A stretch of DNA of 64,000 nt from assembly GCA_026026165.1 (NCBI GenBank), contig JAPEUD010000036.1, positions 1-64,000 of the forward strand, in the 5' to 3' direction. Under the pieces are notes generated by a model. That model saw only the letters and a list, made by a program, of their open reading frames with translations, searched no databases and was not told the DNA's origin. Numbering within the stretch: the stretch's first letter is position 1; each line of letters starts with the position of its first letter. A program made the position numbers and the translations under genes. This document shows, piece after piece, positions 1-13,537 of the stretch. Source of the DNA: Sarea resinae (taxonomy: Eukaryota).

Positions 1-2160
1 CCCTCGAAGAAGATCAAGAGATTGCAGAAAACATTCAGAATCGGGTTTTCTACGAGCAGTCGACTCACGACCGGGTTCTAGGAATCCTCCGTGAATACAA
101 GGACCAGGACTTTGCGTATCTCGATGCCTGCACAGAACTTGCCCATGTCTTTGTGCGCATGCTGGAACGCTACGCTAAGCAGAATGTTGATCTGCAAGTC
201 CGTACCAAACGTCGCGCAAGAAAGCGCAAGCAGGCCGAGGATCAACCGAATAGAAACGTTTCAATAGAGGGCTACGATATCAACGAAGCCGACCAGGATG
301 ATGAAATTGAAGGAACACAAGAGCATGACGTTCAAGAAGCAGTTCAGCTATCGAAAGAGCGAAAGTTTGACTTTAATCGATTTGCTTCGAAATTCGTGAC
401 GCAGAAGTCTGTCGATACCTTTGTGGCATTTACCTCGTTTTACAATGATCTCAAACCGGAACAGCTCAAGCGTGCGCATCGCTTCTTCTATCGTACAGCT
501 TTCAAATTGAGTACCAGTGTCTTACTATTCCGGGTCGATATCATGGCTTTGTTCAACAAGATGATCAAAGGTCCTAATGGACTTGATTCCAGCCATCCAG
601 GCTTTAGAGAATGGGACGAGCTCATCCGGCAGCTGATCAAAAAGCTAACTAAGAAATTGGATCAGAGGCCCGAGCTGTTTGTCGAAATGCTCTTCAGCAA
701 GATCAGCTCGACGTTGTACTATTTGGAGTATGGGTATGAGAAACAAACCTTGAAAACGCCTAGGATTCCAGCGGAGCTGGAAGTCAAACCTGGGATGGAA
801 TTAAAAGAACAGATCGGGATCGCTGTGTCGGTACTCTTGGATCAGAACAAGAATGATTCGCTCAATTGGCTCAAGAATGTTCTGACAACAGCTGCGGATG
901 AAAGACAGTCATGGGAGGCAGAGGCTGCTGCGAGACAAATCGAGTCCCAAAACCTGAGTGAAGGTGCTGTAGAAGCGCCAGATCAGCCTGCACAAGTTGC
1001 AAGTTCTTCGGTGCCATCAATAGGTTAGTGTCTTTGTGCGAATGTACTCCTCAAGCAATACTGATATCGTTATAGCTGTCAAGCCAGACAATGAAGAGCG
1101 TCGCATAGCTATGTTCAAAGACAACAAGATGCGCCTCCTAATGACACTCGTTGGACTAATGCGCCTAGGGTCTGACGAGGATACTGACGCCGCATGGATT
1201 GTTCCCTCGTCGCTCAATAGCACTGAAATAAGGGAAAGCCTTGAAAGCATCAAGACCGCCGAGTTCAGCCCCCCTGCCTTCGAGGATGGAAAGACTGCAG
1301 AGGACTTCATCCGACGCAAGACGGAATCCAAGTCCACCACCACTGGTGCCTTTGGAGACGAAGACGAAGGCCTTTCTGGCAATGAAGAAGACTTTTTGTT
1401 TCCTGCCGGTGGGCCGACTGCTCGCAAAGCTGATGCCCTGAATGACCTGAAGAAAAGACGACGGCGAAGGAACAAGGACGACGACGACGACGACGATGAC
1501 GAGGAAGAGGAAGAGGAGGTTGATGAAGAAGTCGCCGACGCTAGACGAGAGGCGAGGCGAATGGCCGAAGAGGAGAAGAGGAGAAAGATCAAGAGTGCAT
1601 TGTACGTTCACGATAGTGATGACGAGGAGGACGAAGAGCGAGACAAGGTCTTCTTCGCTCGAGAGGAAGAGGGGAGGAAACAGCACGCCAGCCGAGTCCG
1701 TGACGTGTTACTTCACGGGACTACAGACAAGACCAAAGCCAAGACCAAAGCCAAAGCCAAGGGCCGAAAGCGTAAGAACGTCGACCCGATGGTGGGAAGG
1801 GAGGAGAAGAGGGTACGGAAAATGATCATAGACGAGTCTGATAGCGGCGCCGAGGACATGGATTCGACCGCCAGCGGCAGCGAAGGTCCGGCCCTATCGA
1901 GTGATGCGCTCAGGGATGAAGACGACACTACCGACACTCCCATCTCGTCGCCGCGCCAGTCTCCTGACATGGAAGGTGTAGAGAACACGGGGCTAGCAGC
2001 GACCAAGGCCCTTGAGGTCGACATGGCGGCCGAGTCAGATGAGCACGGCGAAGACGGGGATGAGGACGAGGATGAGGACGAGGACGAAGACACCCCTGTC
2101 TTGAGCATGCCCAGGAGGAAAGCGAGAGCTGGGCTCGTGGTAGAAAGCGACTCGGAGTAA
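1..2160 (+). CDS. TOF1: Topoisomerase I-associated factor 1 / Swi1 / Timeless (replication fork protection complex), 5'-truncated by the window edge
   Basis: The frame is open from base 3 (LEEDQEIAENIQNRVFYEQSTHDRV...YLDACTELAHVFVRMLERY). It contains ERKFDFNRFASKF, QLKRAHRFFYRTAFK and KIKSALYVHDSDDE, which match the Timeless/Tof1 C-terminal half. GT-AG intron 1024-1075 joins ORFs 153-1028 and 1036-2160 in frame. Acidic tail. Confidence 0.9.
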
Positions 2161-2799
2161 GGCTTCGGGCATCTTATCGGTAGAAGTGGCGTTTGTGTTT
2201 CTGCTTTTCAGGGCGGCGTTATTCCAGGTGGGCGGGCCGGCGTGCGGGCGTATAGGATACCCCTTTTTTCCTCCGACGAATGCTGCTTTTGAGAACACTC
2301 TTCCGCACGGGTTCTTATCTCCACTCAATGACCTCGAGTCGTCTTACCTATTCTTTTTTGTGCTATCAATACGTATACCATGTGAATGGCTTCAGAAGGG
2401 GCTGTGTAGCTTGTCTGTGGCTTGTCTGTGGTACGTGCGTGAGGTGTGGATCTAAAGGCCTATCCGTTCCCCCCCCTCTTTTCTCTCTCTCTCTCTATCC
2501 CTCTCTATCTATCCATACACATCTTCCCACTTATCACATAACTATTATCTCTCTTTAGCCACCTTACCTAGCCTCACCACTATTTTTCTCTCCCCCCTCC
2601 CCCCTCCCCCAACAACTCTCAAATAGGTCGAGAAAAGAAATTCTAGTCCGAGCAAATAAATGACATGATAGAATACAAATTGATATAACATGACATAGTA
2701 GAATATCGTAGACGAGGATCTTATATGCCAGGACAGAGTAGTAATCCAGGTAGTGAGTGTGCTGTCAGAACGGTGGGATTTCTGGGGTTGATGGTTATT

Positions 2800-2900
2800 A
2801 ATAGATAGTTAGATAGATAGTCAGATAGATAGATAGTTGGTTGGTTGGTTGGTTGGTTGGTTAAATAAGGTAGGTTGGTAGGTGAGGTAGGTAGGTGGAT
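2800..2900. repeat. Compound tetranucleotide microsatellite (ATAG)n/(TTGG)n/(TAGG)n
   Basis: Directly visible between the convergent TOF1 and SnoaL genes. Confidence 0.9.
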
Positions 2901-3424
2901 TTGATATCTTTCGTCTTCATTTTAGTCTTCATTTTACTCCTCCTCATCCAACTCCTCATCCTAGTCTTCGTCTTCATCTTCGTCTTTGTCTTTGTCCTGG
3001 TCTAGATTCCAAGATTTCGGTTTAGCAGAAATATCCTGAGATCAATCTGAGAAAGTGTAGATTTCGTATCCTTTGCGGAATTCCCCCAAAAAAAAGAAAA
3101 AAGAAAAAGGAAAAAAGAAAAGAAAAAGAAGTCAAGCTTGTCCGGGGAAGTCATTTCGGTTTTCTGGTCAGGTATCTTGGACGGCCCTGTTGTCTTGCCC
3201 CTCTCTCTGTCGTCTCCAGCATCTCCTGGATTAGATAGATGTTCGGATGGGTTGCGGATGGGTTTCTTGGATTCATTGTATTTTGACGTTATATGTATAC
3301 ATTCGTTCAAGGCATGATTACACATTTGCAGCAAAGGCGTCTTTTTCGCCAAAGACAGAACAAGTAAATCTAGGCTGCTTCTCTCCTTCGGTCCTGCCCA
3401 TCCCATCATGTATATCGATGCCCC

Positions 3425-4020
3425 TCACAGATACTCGCCATGCTCGCCCAGCCAGCCGAGCTGCTTCCACATGCTCAGCTTATCCCAGTCCTTGACAAAG
3501 GTGACGATCTTGCCGTCGCGGACCTCGAACAGCGCGGCGGCGGTCCAGCGGGCCGTCTTGCCCGTCTTCTCGATGCCGTGCCACGGCTTGCCGCAGTGCG
3601 AGCCCTCGGCCGTGTAGCGCAGACACACGAGCCCGTCCTTGGCGAAGCACAGGTCGTACGACACGATGTGCAGGTCCGCCACCGAGGCCATGACGTGCGC
3701 ATGCGAGTCGGCGTAGTCGAGCGGCGAGTGCGACTCGGGGAACGTCGTCGGCGCGATAAAGGTGCTGTCGGCGGCGCACAGGTGCGCGACTGAGTCTCGG
3801 CCTGTGTTGGCGCTCGGCGAGTAGGCCGTGGACATGTAGGATTTCACCACGGAGATGTTTTTCTGTGCGGAGACGCATCAGTGGGGGCATAAGGGAGGGA
3901 CGGAGAGATGGGGCAAAGCAGGGAGATGAGGCGATATAGAGACTCGAAGGGGACATGCTGTACCTGTTCTGCCGTTGTTTGGACTGTATGCGTCTTGGTT
4001 GGCGGTTGGTTGCTCGCCAT
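3425..4020 (-). CDS. SnoaL-like / NTF2-fold ester cyclase family protein (~164 aa)
   Basis: Exon 4020-3964 (MASNQPPTKTHTVQTTAEQ), phase-0 intron 3963-3863, exon 3862-3425. Motifs LVCLRYTAEGSHCGKPWHGIEKTGK, FEVRDGKI and WDKLSMWKQLG are typical of SnoaL-like proteins. Confidence 0.8.
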
Positions 4021-7000
4021 CTTGATTGGATTCAGAGGATGTATTGATTGATTGATTGATTGATTGATGGCTGATTGATTGCTGGACTGATAATCTGCTG
4101 CGATTTACTTATCGACTTATCGTGATGCCTTTGATGGATGTTTCCAGATCTTCTCCGTCTGATTTGCTTTCTTTTTCCTGGCTAGGGTCAGTTCACTTGC
4201 AGACACACAGATATATTTATCAATTCGGCCAGGCCCAGGAGGTGCCGATCTCGAGGAATCATGAGATGGGCTTCATAAGCAATGGATGGATCACAGTGAT
4301 GTTTGCCGGCATCACAGCCTGAGTATGACGACAACCGTCTCTCATCCATATTCCGAGGTACCGAACGTACGCCGCTCTCGTCCTCGGTCGTGCCGTGATT
4401 CAAGGCCGCCAAATGCCTCTCTGGGTTAGTCGGCCAATCTGCCATAACCCATCAAATTACCCATTCCAGCCCTAGCAGCGCCGAAGACAGAGACAGATGC
4501 TACGGCGTGTGGGAAGGGCAGATGGATGACGAAAGGTTGACAGCTCGATACTGTACTCCGGAGTAGGTACTCCATGATGGGCGAGGGGACGATGGGGCCA
4601 CGGCCGGACAGACCAACGAGGAACAGTAACGAGCTCACAGAACTTGCCAACCGGTGCCCGCATGGACGGTCTAGATCGGCGGAGGGCGGCGGGTCAACCA
4701 TCTCGTCATCGCTGCGGTCCTCGGATTCAGATTGGATTCCAGTGGCATCACTGCGAGCCCTGAGGTCGTGGGGACCTTCAGGTGAGCGCGAGGGCTGTCG
4801 CCGGGCTGCAATGACCATCCTCTTTGCACTAATCTTCATCAAGATGGATCCAGCTCCCTTTGCCCTGCCGTCGCGAGTCGTTGAGAAGCCCGGACGGCTG
4901 AAGGTTGGCACGGTTGGCACGGCTATACCTTCCCATTCCCATTTCCGTTCGTGACTGTTTGGGACTTTGCTCTTCTGGCTTTCCCCTTGGAGGCTCCGGT
5001 TCCCATGCTGGATCTCCAATCTACAAGGTTGATACCCTTTTCGTGGTCGTACTTTGCACATATCACAGTTCCACAAATATCACATCTGGACAGATGGACC
5101 GCACATGGCTTAAGCCCACCAACTCAGCATGCATATCCGCACAGCGCCTTCTCGTGTGTGCCGTGTGCAGCATCGTGGTGGGCTGCAGTGCCGCAGGGCG
5201 TACCATGTACGGCGCAGAACGCGTGCGCGCAGGCGCCCGCGGTGCGGATTGGATTACAACCAAAGCTTGACGGGGCCGTCTTCTATTCTTCGTGCATAGC
5301 CGGGAATGCCAGCTGGAGAGCATCTGTCCAACCTAGCTTCGCGCTCGTCGCGTATGTTTGCTTCAATTGTCTGTGCTGGCGGATGGTGGTAGAAAGTGAC
5401 CGGGTTGAGGACTCTTGCGCTTTTTCTCCGGCGCATCGAGGCCTATCAAGCTCAGCTGCATGCATACTGGTCACAATAGCAGTACACTTTATTTCCATCC
5501 TTATTATATTCCCCGACAGAGAGCTTTAAACAGGAACAGGAACACGAACCAAGCCTGCCGCTAGTCGTGTCAGACCTCGATCCCTGAGGTCTTGGGAGTC
5601 AACTAAGACTCGAAGGCTGGTGTCTGAGAGCAGAAAGATTGGGCCTCTGCAAGGGAAACACCCGCGCCAGTCGACCTCAGAGTTTTGTGATCGCCAGTCG
5701 AAGAGGATGAGAGACGGGAGGCGCTCTGCACTATTGTATTTATGCTTATCCGTCTTTTGCGTCGTCCCAATTATGACTTGTAAAACAATTTGATGATTGG
5801 TGGATTAAAGAGCTAGAGTTGAAGATCCCATTCTCGGCCAGGGCCGCCGCCGCGGACCGAAATTGCAGTGTCCTGCTCTTGTAAATCATGCATTATCGTA
5901 TGGATAACGTCGATATGCCGTTCCCACACGTTCACAAAGCCTTTTTGACAGAAGAGGATCCGCGCGCGGTGTCTACCGATAGCCCTTTAGCCTTTAGTCC
6001 TTCATACCAGACCGGTTTCGACATTATCTTTCGCCAAGCGAACGTTTCAGCTCGTTAGTCTTCGCGGATCGTCAAATCTCGCAGCATTGACGCGCTCCTT
6101 CTTTGGGCATCGTCTCTTTTCGGCCCTTCATCTGCAAACAATATGGATGCGAAAGGACTCGAGTAAAGCTCCCACGGCGTCTCAAGCGTTGTGGAGAAGA
6201 AAGGGTCTGAGTTCGGAAGAGCTCATCTCCACTTCCAGGTGCGGATCATCCTTAGCGGGTATCACCAGCAACCAGATACTGCTGTACGCCGATCCTGAGT
6301 AGGCCCTGAAGCCTTGAAACCCTGATGCCCCCAGACCCTGCTCCGTCCAGATCGCTCTTGATCGCTCCCAAGTCAAATGAAGAGATGCAAAACCGTCGCG
6401 GTCGTCGTGAAACTCTACTATTCTCGGATGTAAGATGACGAACCTGAGGAGTGCAGCTTGGGGCGGTAAACAGCTGGAAATCAGCAAGCCTACGATCTGC
6501 ATCGCAGCACCGGGACGAGTGACCATAGGGCTCGTCTGGTCTTCAGCGCCCTCCGTCTTTGGTGGTGCGGCGCAGCAACAATCATTTCTCCCGTCTGAGC
6601 CCTTGCCGCTGATCATTGCAGTACCTTCGGCCCAATACTGTAAACTACTGTCAACTACGGATGACATGACGATAGTTACACCTTACCTTACCCCATACAC
6701 TCAACCCTTCTACTCCCACACCCGGCACACCATTCTACGCATGAGGCGTCAAGGGCTCCTCTCGGGCCATTCGACAGTTCTGGCCAGCGAGGGCATCGTG
6801 GGGCACATGATCACGCTTTGGGGGCCTGGCTCGACATGAGCAAGTTACGAGAAGTGCCCAGACATCCGGATTGGTCTCCTAAAGGTTGAATCAGCCGGCG
6901 ACAGGGACCGTCTGGTACTGAAAGCCAACGGCGGCCGATCAATTCGTCGAGTGAGCAGTGACAGCTGGAGACAGGATGGAAGACGCACAACTTGGACAGC

Positions 7001-8425
7001 ATTGTACGGAGTAGTCAGCGTATGAAGTACGGAGTACGGCGTAGTCGGTATTAGTGCCAGCCAGCCCAGTGCAAAGCACCGGAAGCTGCATATTACTAAG
7101 GCTAGCGGGCAGAGATCCCCGCATCAAGTTCCTCAGAGCGAGCCACTCCTAGTGACCGCTGGAGCGATGAGATGAGCAAGGACCGCGACCATCTCACAAC
7201 CTGGACCCTGCACCGCACCACGGCCAGGACCATTCCTGCATGCTGGTCGCTCATCGCTCGTCCGCCGGTCACTGGACGAGCCCTGGACGAGCCCTGGACC
7301 AAACCCTGCACCAGCCCACCTGAACGGTCGATCCACTGGAAGATCAGATTCTGTCCATTGCACCATCACCGTGCTTGCGGTGCTTGTACGTACACCGGGG
7401 ACTTCTGCGCGACGGAACGGTGAGATAGGACGAGATGGCATGGATGGGTCCAGCGCGTCGGACGGCTTCGATGCGATCATGTTGGGGGATCTGTGAGCCA
7501 ATGCCCACATACAGCAACGCCTGGCCACCGCAAAGACGTCGATGCCCCCGACGCATCGATGCATCGATGCCTCAATGCCTCCAGATGCGTACGATCCGCG
7601 CCGAATCAGACATGGAGAGCAGGAGAGACTGCACTGACTCTGCACCCTGATCCTTGACCTGGCCGGGCCTGATCCTGATCGTGCCCCGTCCATTGCTCCA
7701 GTTGCTCCAGTGCTCCAGCTACTGCCTCACTACTACCTTACTGTACAGAGTACGCCTTTCCCCGGTGTCAAATGGCTGTGCCAATTGCAAGTTCGATGAA
7801 TGTCGAGCCCAACTCAATCAGTCGGTCGGTTCAGCCAGTGACTTACTCGTACCGGACATCATGCAACGTCGGCGCATTGATGCCCGGCAGGGGCCCGGCC
7901 ACCAGCACACACGGGCAGACCGTGGTGGCGCGCGATCCAAGATAGTCGAGGAGGAAGTTCGACCTCCGTCACGTACCCGGATCCGGTCGACATAAATATC
8001 GCAAGACTTGGATGGGAACAGCCATCTCGAAGAAGAAGACCGCCCGGATCAAGATGAAACTAGGAGATGGATGGCATCCTCGAAATGATTCGAAACAATG
8101 GATAACCAAAATACGTACTAGTACCATGCCGAACAATCAGAGTGGGGTGATCGAGCCTGTATTTGTTTATCCTACCGTATGCGTATCGTAACCAGACGCC
8201 TGGAGGCACACTTACCTACCTACCTACCTCCCTCCCTACCTACCGACCGAACCTCCCCTCAAGCTCCACGATGATCGATGACTTCTCCGGGGAGGACAAT
8301 AATCATCTTCCACACTTGACCCCGCATTATCGCAGGATTGGGCTGACACTGACACGGGTGGGGGGCAAGGTGCAAGGTGCAAGGGGATAGAATGATACGT
8401 ATGGCGGGAAGGGTGGAAGGGACGA

Positions 8426-8461
8426 GATGATGATGGTGATGATGATGATGATGATGATGAT
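8426..8461. repeat. (ATG)n trinucleotide microsatellite
   Basis: Directly visible. It generates the spurious poly-Met and poly-His ORFs. Confidence 0.9.
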
Positions 8462-10257
8462 CTCTCTTGCCTTCCAAGGTTCCAAGTTGTCTATTGTCAT
8501 TCGCTCGGCCTACCATGGATGTATCCGTACGTATTCGTCCTCCAAGAGACCGTCCCAGTCCAGTATTCGTACCTTCATAGATCGGTGGATCATGGATCAT
8601 GGAGACTGGATACTAGTACTCCGAGTACATACGGTGGTGCGTACACGCTGTACATGCCTCGAGTTATGCACGGTATCGCGACGTGCCGACCAGGTCTCGG
8701 GCGCCGCTCTTCTCGGCTGGCTCCTGCCATCTGCCGCGTTCCTCCTACATACTTCAGTAGTAGTACTCATAGTCCTCCAGTCGTCTCCACTCTCCACTCG
8801 ACTCCAGTACGGACGGAAATGGACAGCTCTGGCCATCGCGGGACCTCTAACGGCGTGGCGTCAAGTTAACCTCTATCTCCATCTGCCCTCTTGCTCGTAT
8901 TTGGTACCTCCGCTCATCATCATCGTTGCTCCGTCGCTCTCCCGGCCACCACCCCCTCCCCCTCCCCCTTCCCACCCCCCCGGCCTCTCATCCCCCTTCC
9001 ACTTCCAATCCCCCCCTCCCCGTCCCTTTCACCACTGCCCACCCTGTTCGCTCGCTCGCCGTCTGCTGGCCGCCCGTCTCTTCTGAGCCAGACCTTCCAC
9101 CCTGTCGACCATTAGGGGAAAAAGGATGATCATCGACCCTAACCCTGGCTGAACATCCTACTAGTTGGGCATTCGACTTACGATGTGCACGGAAATGCGG
9201 CAACTCAAGCCGTTGTCGTCGATCCTAGTCTGACCTCTTCCGTCTCCTGTGAAGCTGGAGAAGCCTTCCCGTTGGCAGGCCGTCTCGATATGCTCCTCCA
9301 GATGCAAAGTGAATTCGGCTAGTCACACACAGAACCGTATGTGACTATCCACAAGCGGTGATGATTGACTCCCACCTAGCCTTGGTCTCCTCGACGAGGC
9401 CGCTCAACCATGCCTTGTTTTCACTTCCTGGCCCTGGCCGAAGCACCCTTCCTGAGAATGGCGGAGGGCAGTCTCCCGGACCGCCCTTCTGTCGAGTCCG
9501 TGCTGAGCAGTCTAGCTATATCCTGTTGTCGATCGCTTTTTCTGGGCGCATCATTCAGACTACTGCGCTGTCCCTGACGTTTTTCTCGCCCATCAGACGC
9601 GGCGCGAGCGACGCTGGCGTTGAGGCAAGGTAGAGAGCTGTTGACAGGGTAGCCTATCCGCGAATAAGGTCTTACAGGCATCTCCATCTGCTGATAATGC
9701 AAATAGCCGCACGTTTGCCCTTCCATCTGTGTGTTATATGGCCTCGAACGTTTCTCTTTGTTTTCAGAATAGTTCTGTGCGCATCAATTGATCCTGCGGC
9801 TATTGCAATTCGCCATCATAGACCAAATCATCGAAGAGCATCTTCGTCTTGCATTTCGATGTTGACCTTTTCCATTCTCAGATATCATCTGTTTCTGGAC
9901 CTTTATTAGTCTGCTTGATCTGCACCACTCTTATCATTTCCTCGAGGTCAGCACTTTTTCCAAGGTCAAGGCGCAAGGCGATCGATACCATACTGACAAA
10001 ATTAAGCCTCAAACCATTAGTTCTCCATCTGATGTACTTCTTGCTAGCCTGAACTCAGAAGGAAAACGCTCTTGCGGTTGGCGCACCGAATTGCTTTCAA
10101 TTCCACCTTTCTGGCCAAGCGTCGCTTGAAAAGCGTACTGGCATTCAAGAACCGAGGCGTGGGCCTTTAGAGACCGTTATTTCAACTTGGGTTCTTGAGG
10201 TAGTGAAGCAGATTCAACTGCTTGCCCTTGGGACTGCCTTTCTGTCAGGGTTTCCAG

Positions 10258-12250
10258 ATGTTTCAGAAACCAGGATCCGTCTTGTTATCACCTCCACACT
10301 CCCCACCAATGTCATCCTTCAGGCCAGATCCTAGAAATCCCGAGAGAAAAACCCAACGGTCTAATGACCAATTCCCTGCAAATCTCTCCGTCGACACAGG
10401 AAGGGATCCCTATTCATATGAAGCTCAGGACTATCGGCCGTATTTTGCATCCCATAACACTCCTCCATATTCGACTTTTCCTGGCGAAAGCTATTTGCGG
10501 GGTATCGAGCCCGACTTGCGCGAAGCCAATCCTGGGGCGCTTGGAATAAGTTATGCTCATGCCAGCATCCCGGAGGAAAACATGCCTCGAGCGGCACCAC
10601 GGCCCCGCAGTCCCAGATCCCTTAAAGGTTCTCCTTCGCATAGTTCGTCGTCAAGGCTCACACCTACCTCGACCGAGGAACGCCGGCTGAGCAGAGCGGG
10701 AGAGGTCGAAGATGAGATGGACTCAGGCGAGAACGACGAAGAGGACGGTGACGAGCCTCAGTCTGAGCAGAAGATTGACAAAAGAAAAATGAAGCGTTTC
10801 AGGTAAGACTAAAGAGATGCCCATGACTTGTTTCTGTCTAACACCAGGATAGACTTACCCACAATCAAACTCGGTATCTCATGAGCGAATTCGCGCGACA
10901 AGCGCATCCAGATGCTGGCCACCGAGAGAGACTCTCGAGGGAGATTCCAGGATTAAGCCCTCGCCAAGTACAAGTGTGGTTCCAAAATCGGTATGAAGAT
11001 TCATTCAATAGCTTTTGGCGTGGGCAAGCTAACAAGCTAAATGCAGGAGAGCGAAGCTAAAACGCCTTACAACCGATGATCGTGAACGAATGATGCGATC
11101 AAGAACCCTTCCGGAGGATTTCGACATGGCTCAGGCTCTCCGGTCACCATACGGCGTCAGTCAAGGAGGCGCTACAGCTTCAATTCCCTCACCCAGCACG
11201 TATTCTCCGGTCAACCATGGCAGCAGCTTTGGCGGATTAATGGCACTCGATGGGATGAGGCGAGCCAGCGCGGACAGCGGCATGTCCCCTATCGGATTAA
11301 GCCCTGCGTTTACCGACTTCTCTTTCAACGCCGATCACGGCTCGAATCTGGTGTCTCCGGTGTCTACGGCTAGCCAAAACTCACCGATCACTTTGATGTC
11401 TGGGTCAGGCAATATCAGCCCGAAGAACACAAATCCGTTTGTGGGAGCGGGACCGGGTGACCCATCGTCTGGTGTTACCTCTCCACCGCAGATCCCGCGT
11501 TTGCAGATTCATGACAGGGTTTTCGGGGCCCGAGCGGAGTCTATTGCGTCGCCGCTGAGAACGAGCATGTCGTATACGGGAACATCATTGGAGCATGGAC
11601 AATTTCATCCAAGTAATGCAAGAAGCTCATCATTGGACGAGCGACCGTCCCTGCAAGCCCAGCCTTGGAGAATGATCCCAACAAGCGGTGGATTGCCATA
11701 CGGCCCAGAATATACAGGCAAGATTGCGAATCTCTTTCTTGCCTGACAGCATCAGCGGGACTAACAATCCATAGATTCCCAACTCCGCGGCCCTCTGTCA
11801 CAAAGTTTATCGCGATACGACCTCCCGGCCGAGTCTCCCATGGCCCACGACGTCGATCCCAGCTACCGCTGGATGCAGGGCGGGCCCTTTTCCTCGTCTC
11901 AGGCCGAGCCCTCGACCGGGTTCCAGAGCGCCCCGTTAACTGCACCCCGTGAGTTCAGCCTGCAATCGCATATTGTCGGCTCCTTTGACGACTCCTACAT
12001 GCCGCGGCCAACATCGGGCGAGCTGAGCGGCCGTCCTACTGGTATTGCCGCTGCTGCTGCCGCCGCTGCCGTGGACCCCTCCCGATCCAGAGATCCTCAT
12101 CAAGGCGGACAACAGCAGCGAGGCGCCATCGTCGTCAGTGATGAGGACAACAACGACAAGCGTGATCTGAGGATGAGGACGGCGTCCTCCGAAGAGGAGA
12201 CCAGACGCGGCTCTTTTGCTTATCCATTGGATTACCGGTCTGCCCAGTGA
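10258..12250 (+). CDS. Homeobox transcription factor (4 exons)
   Basis: Spliced homeodomain KRKMKRFRLTHNQTRYLMSEFARQAHPDAGHRERLSREIPGLSPRQVQVWFQNRRAKLKR, with the canonical WFQNRR helix 3. Introns 10803-10852, 10991-11046 and GC-AG 11718-11774. Ser/Pro-rich flanks. Start codon uncertain (10258 or 10309). Confidence 0.9.
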
Positions 12251-13278
12251 TGTCACGTCACTAGCCTCTCCATCTAATCTCCATTATCTTTCTTTCTCCT
12301 TTTCATTCTAGCTTTGGGTGGATGTAAGCATAATACTGAATTCATGTGGAGGCGGCAGAGCAGAGACGATACTGGGGGGTGGCGCGGGCGGGGGCGGAGG
12401 CCGGTGTCGGATTCGGAAGAGGCGTGTGGACGGATGGAGGGTCGGACGGTTCCCGTTTAGGTCGGGGACCTTTTTTTTTTCCTGGCACGGGCTCTAGGTG
12501 TGCTGGTATACCTGCATGCATTATACATGCATCTGGCATGGCAGACGTGTGTGGTCGTTGCTGCTAGCTATGTCTAGCTTGTCGGCCTTGTCTGTGTGCT
12601 CTGGAGAGAGTTATGTACAGGTACAGGTACAGGTAATGCTTACAGGTAAAATTAATTAATCATTGTTGTCATCGTTATCGTCATGGTCATCGTCATAATG
12701 GAAATCTAAATGAAGAAGGAGAAGAAAAGAAAAGGAAAGGAAAGAAGGAGAAATCTAACCAAATCATCACACTAGTATTCTCTCATCTCAGCATCTCAGA
12801 ATCTCAGCATCTCAGACCCTCTCCCTCTCCCTCTACCCATCCTATATCCCCTATCCCCTATCCATATTCCTATCACCCACCCATCCGATCCACCCATCCA
12901 TCCATCCAGCCCCAGCCCCAGCACCACCGACACGCGAGGGGTAGAGAAACCCTTACCCTAACCTAGATGTTCGTGATTCTTGATTCGCGATTCACGATTC
13001 ACACTCCATGTCTAACTATGTATGTATGTGTATGTGAGAACTAAATATGGATGATGATGATGATAAACAGGATAGGATAGAACAGGATAGGATAGAATGC
13101 CGGCTATCTTCTCTCTCTCTCTTTTTATCCGTCTCTGTCTATACGTCTCTCTCTCTCTTTCTTTCTATACGTCTCCCTAGCTAGTATTGTCCGTTCTTCT
13201 GGACTTCTGGAAGTGAGGCGTTCACCATTTGCGTGCTTTCCTGTCTCCCCCCCTCCCCGCCTCTTTTATTTCGCTACT

Positions 13279-13341
13279 ATGTTTCGCTATATTTATGTTT
13301 CGCTATATTTATGTTTCGCTATATTTATGTTTCGCTATATT
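13279..13341. repeat. 16-bp minisatellite ATGTTTCGCTATATTT, about 4 copies
   Basis: Directly visible tandem copies. Confidence 0.85.
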
Positions 13342-13537
13342 ATATTATGTTATGGTGATGGTTCGCTGGGTACGAGATACAGGATCAAATGATAAGTCTT
13401 TCCCTCTGTCACTCTTCCACCCGGCATCTATCCATCCATCTCTCTATCCATCTATCTATCCCTCTATCCCTCTATCCTTCTCTCCTCCCTCCCTCCTCCG
13501 CTTCCTCCCTCCCTGGCCTGCTTTTTTTCAATTCAGT

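Noticed and set aside
1017..2108. Ser-rich minus-strand ORFs
   Set aside because: Antisense to the acidic (GAN-codon) tail of TOF1.
4426..7995. Many 60-216 aa ORFs in the long intergenic region
   Set aside because: Overlapping in all frames, with no motifs or consistent splice structure.
8259..9129. Poly-His, poly-Met and Pro-rich ORFs
   Set aside because: Artefacts of the (ATG)n repeat and the C-rich tract.
9137..9146. CCCTAACCCT as a possible telomerase RNA template
   Set aside because: Only a 10-nt match. I could not identify a pseudoknot or CR4/5 domain, and the position fits the homeobox 5' leader better. An Infernal search with fungal TER models would settle it.
13279..13341. Regular short repeats as a CRISPR-like array
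   Set aside because: Head-to-tail copies without spacers, eukaryotic context, no cas genes.
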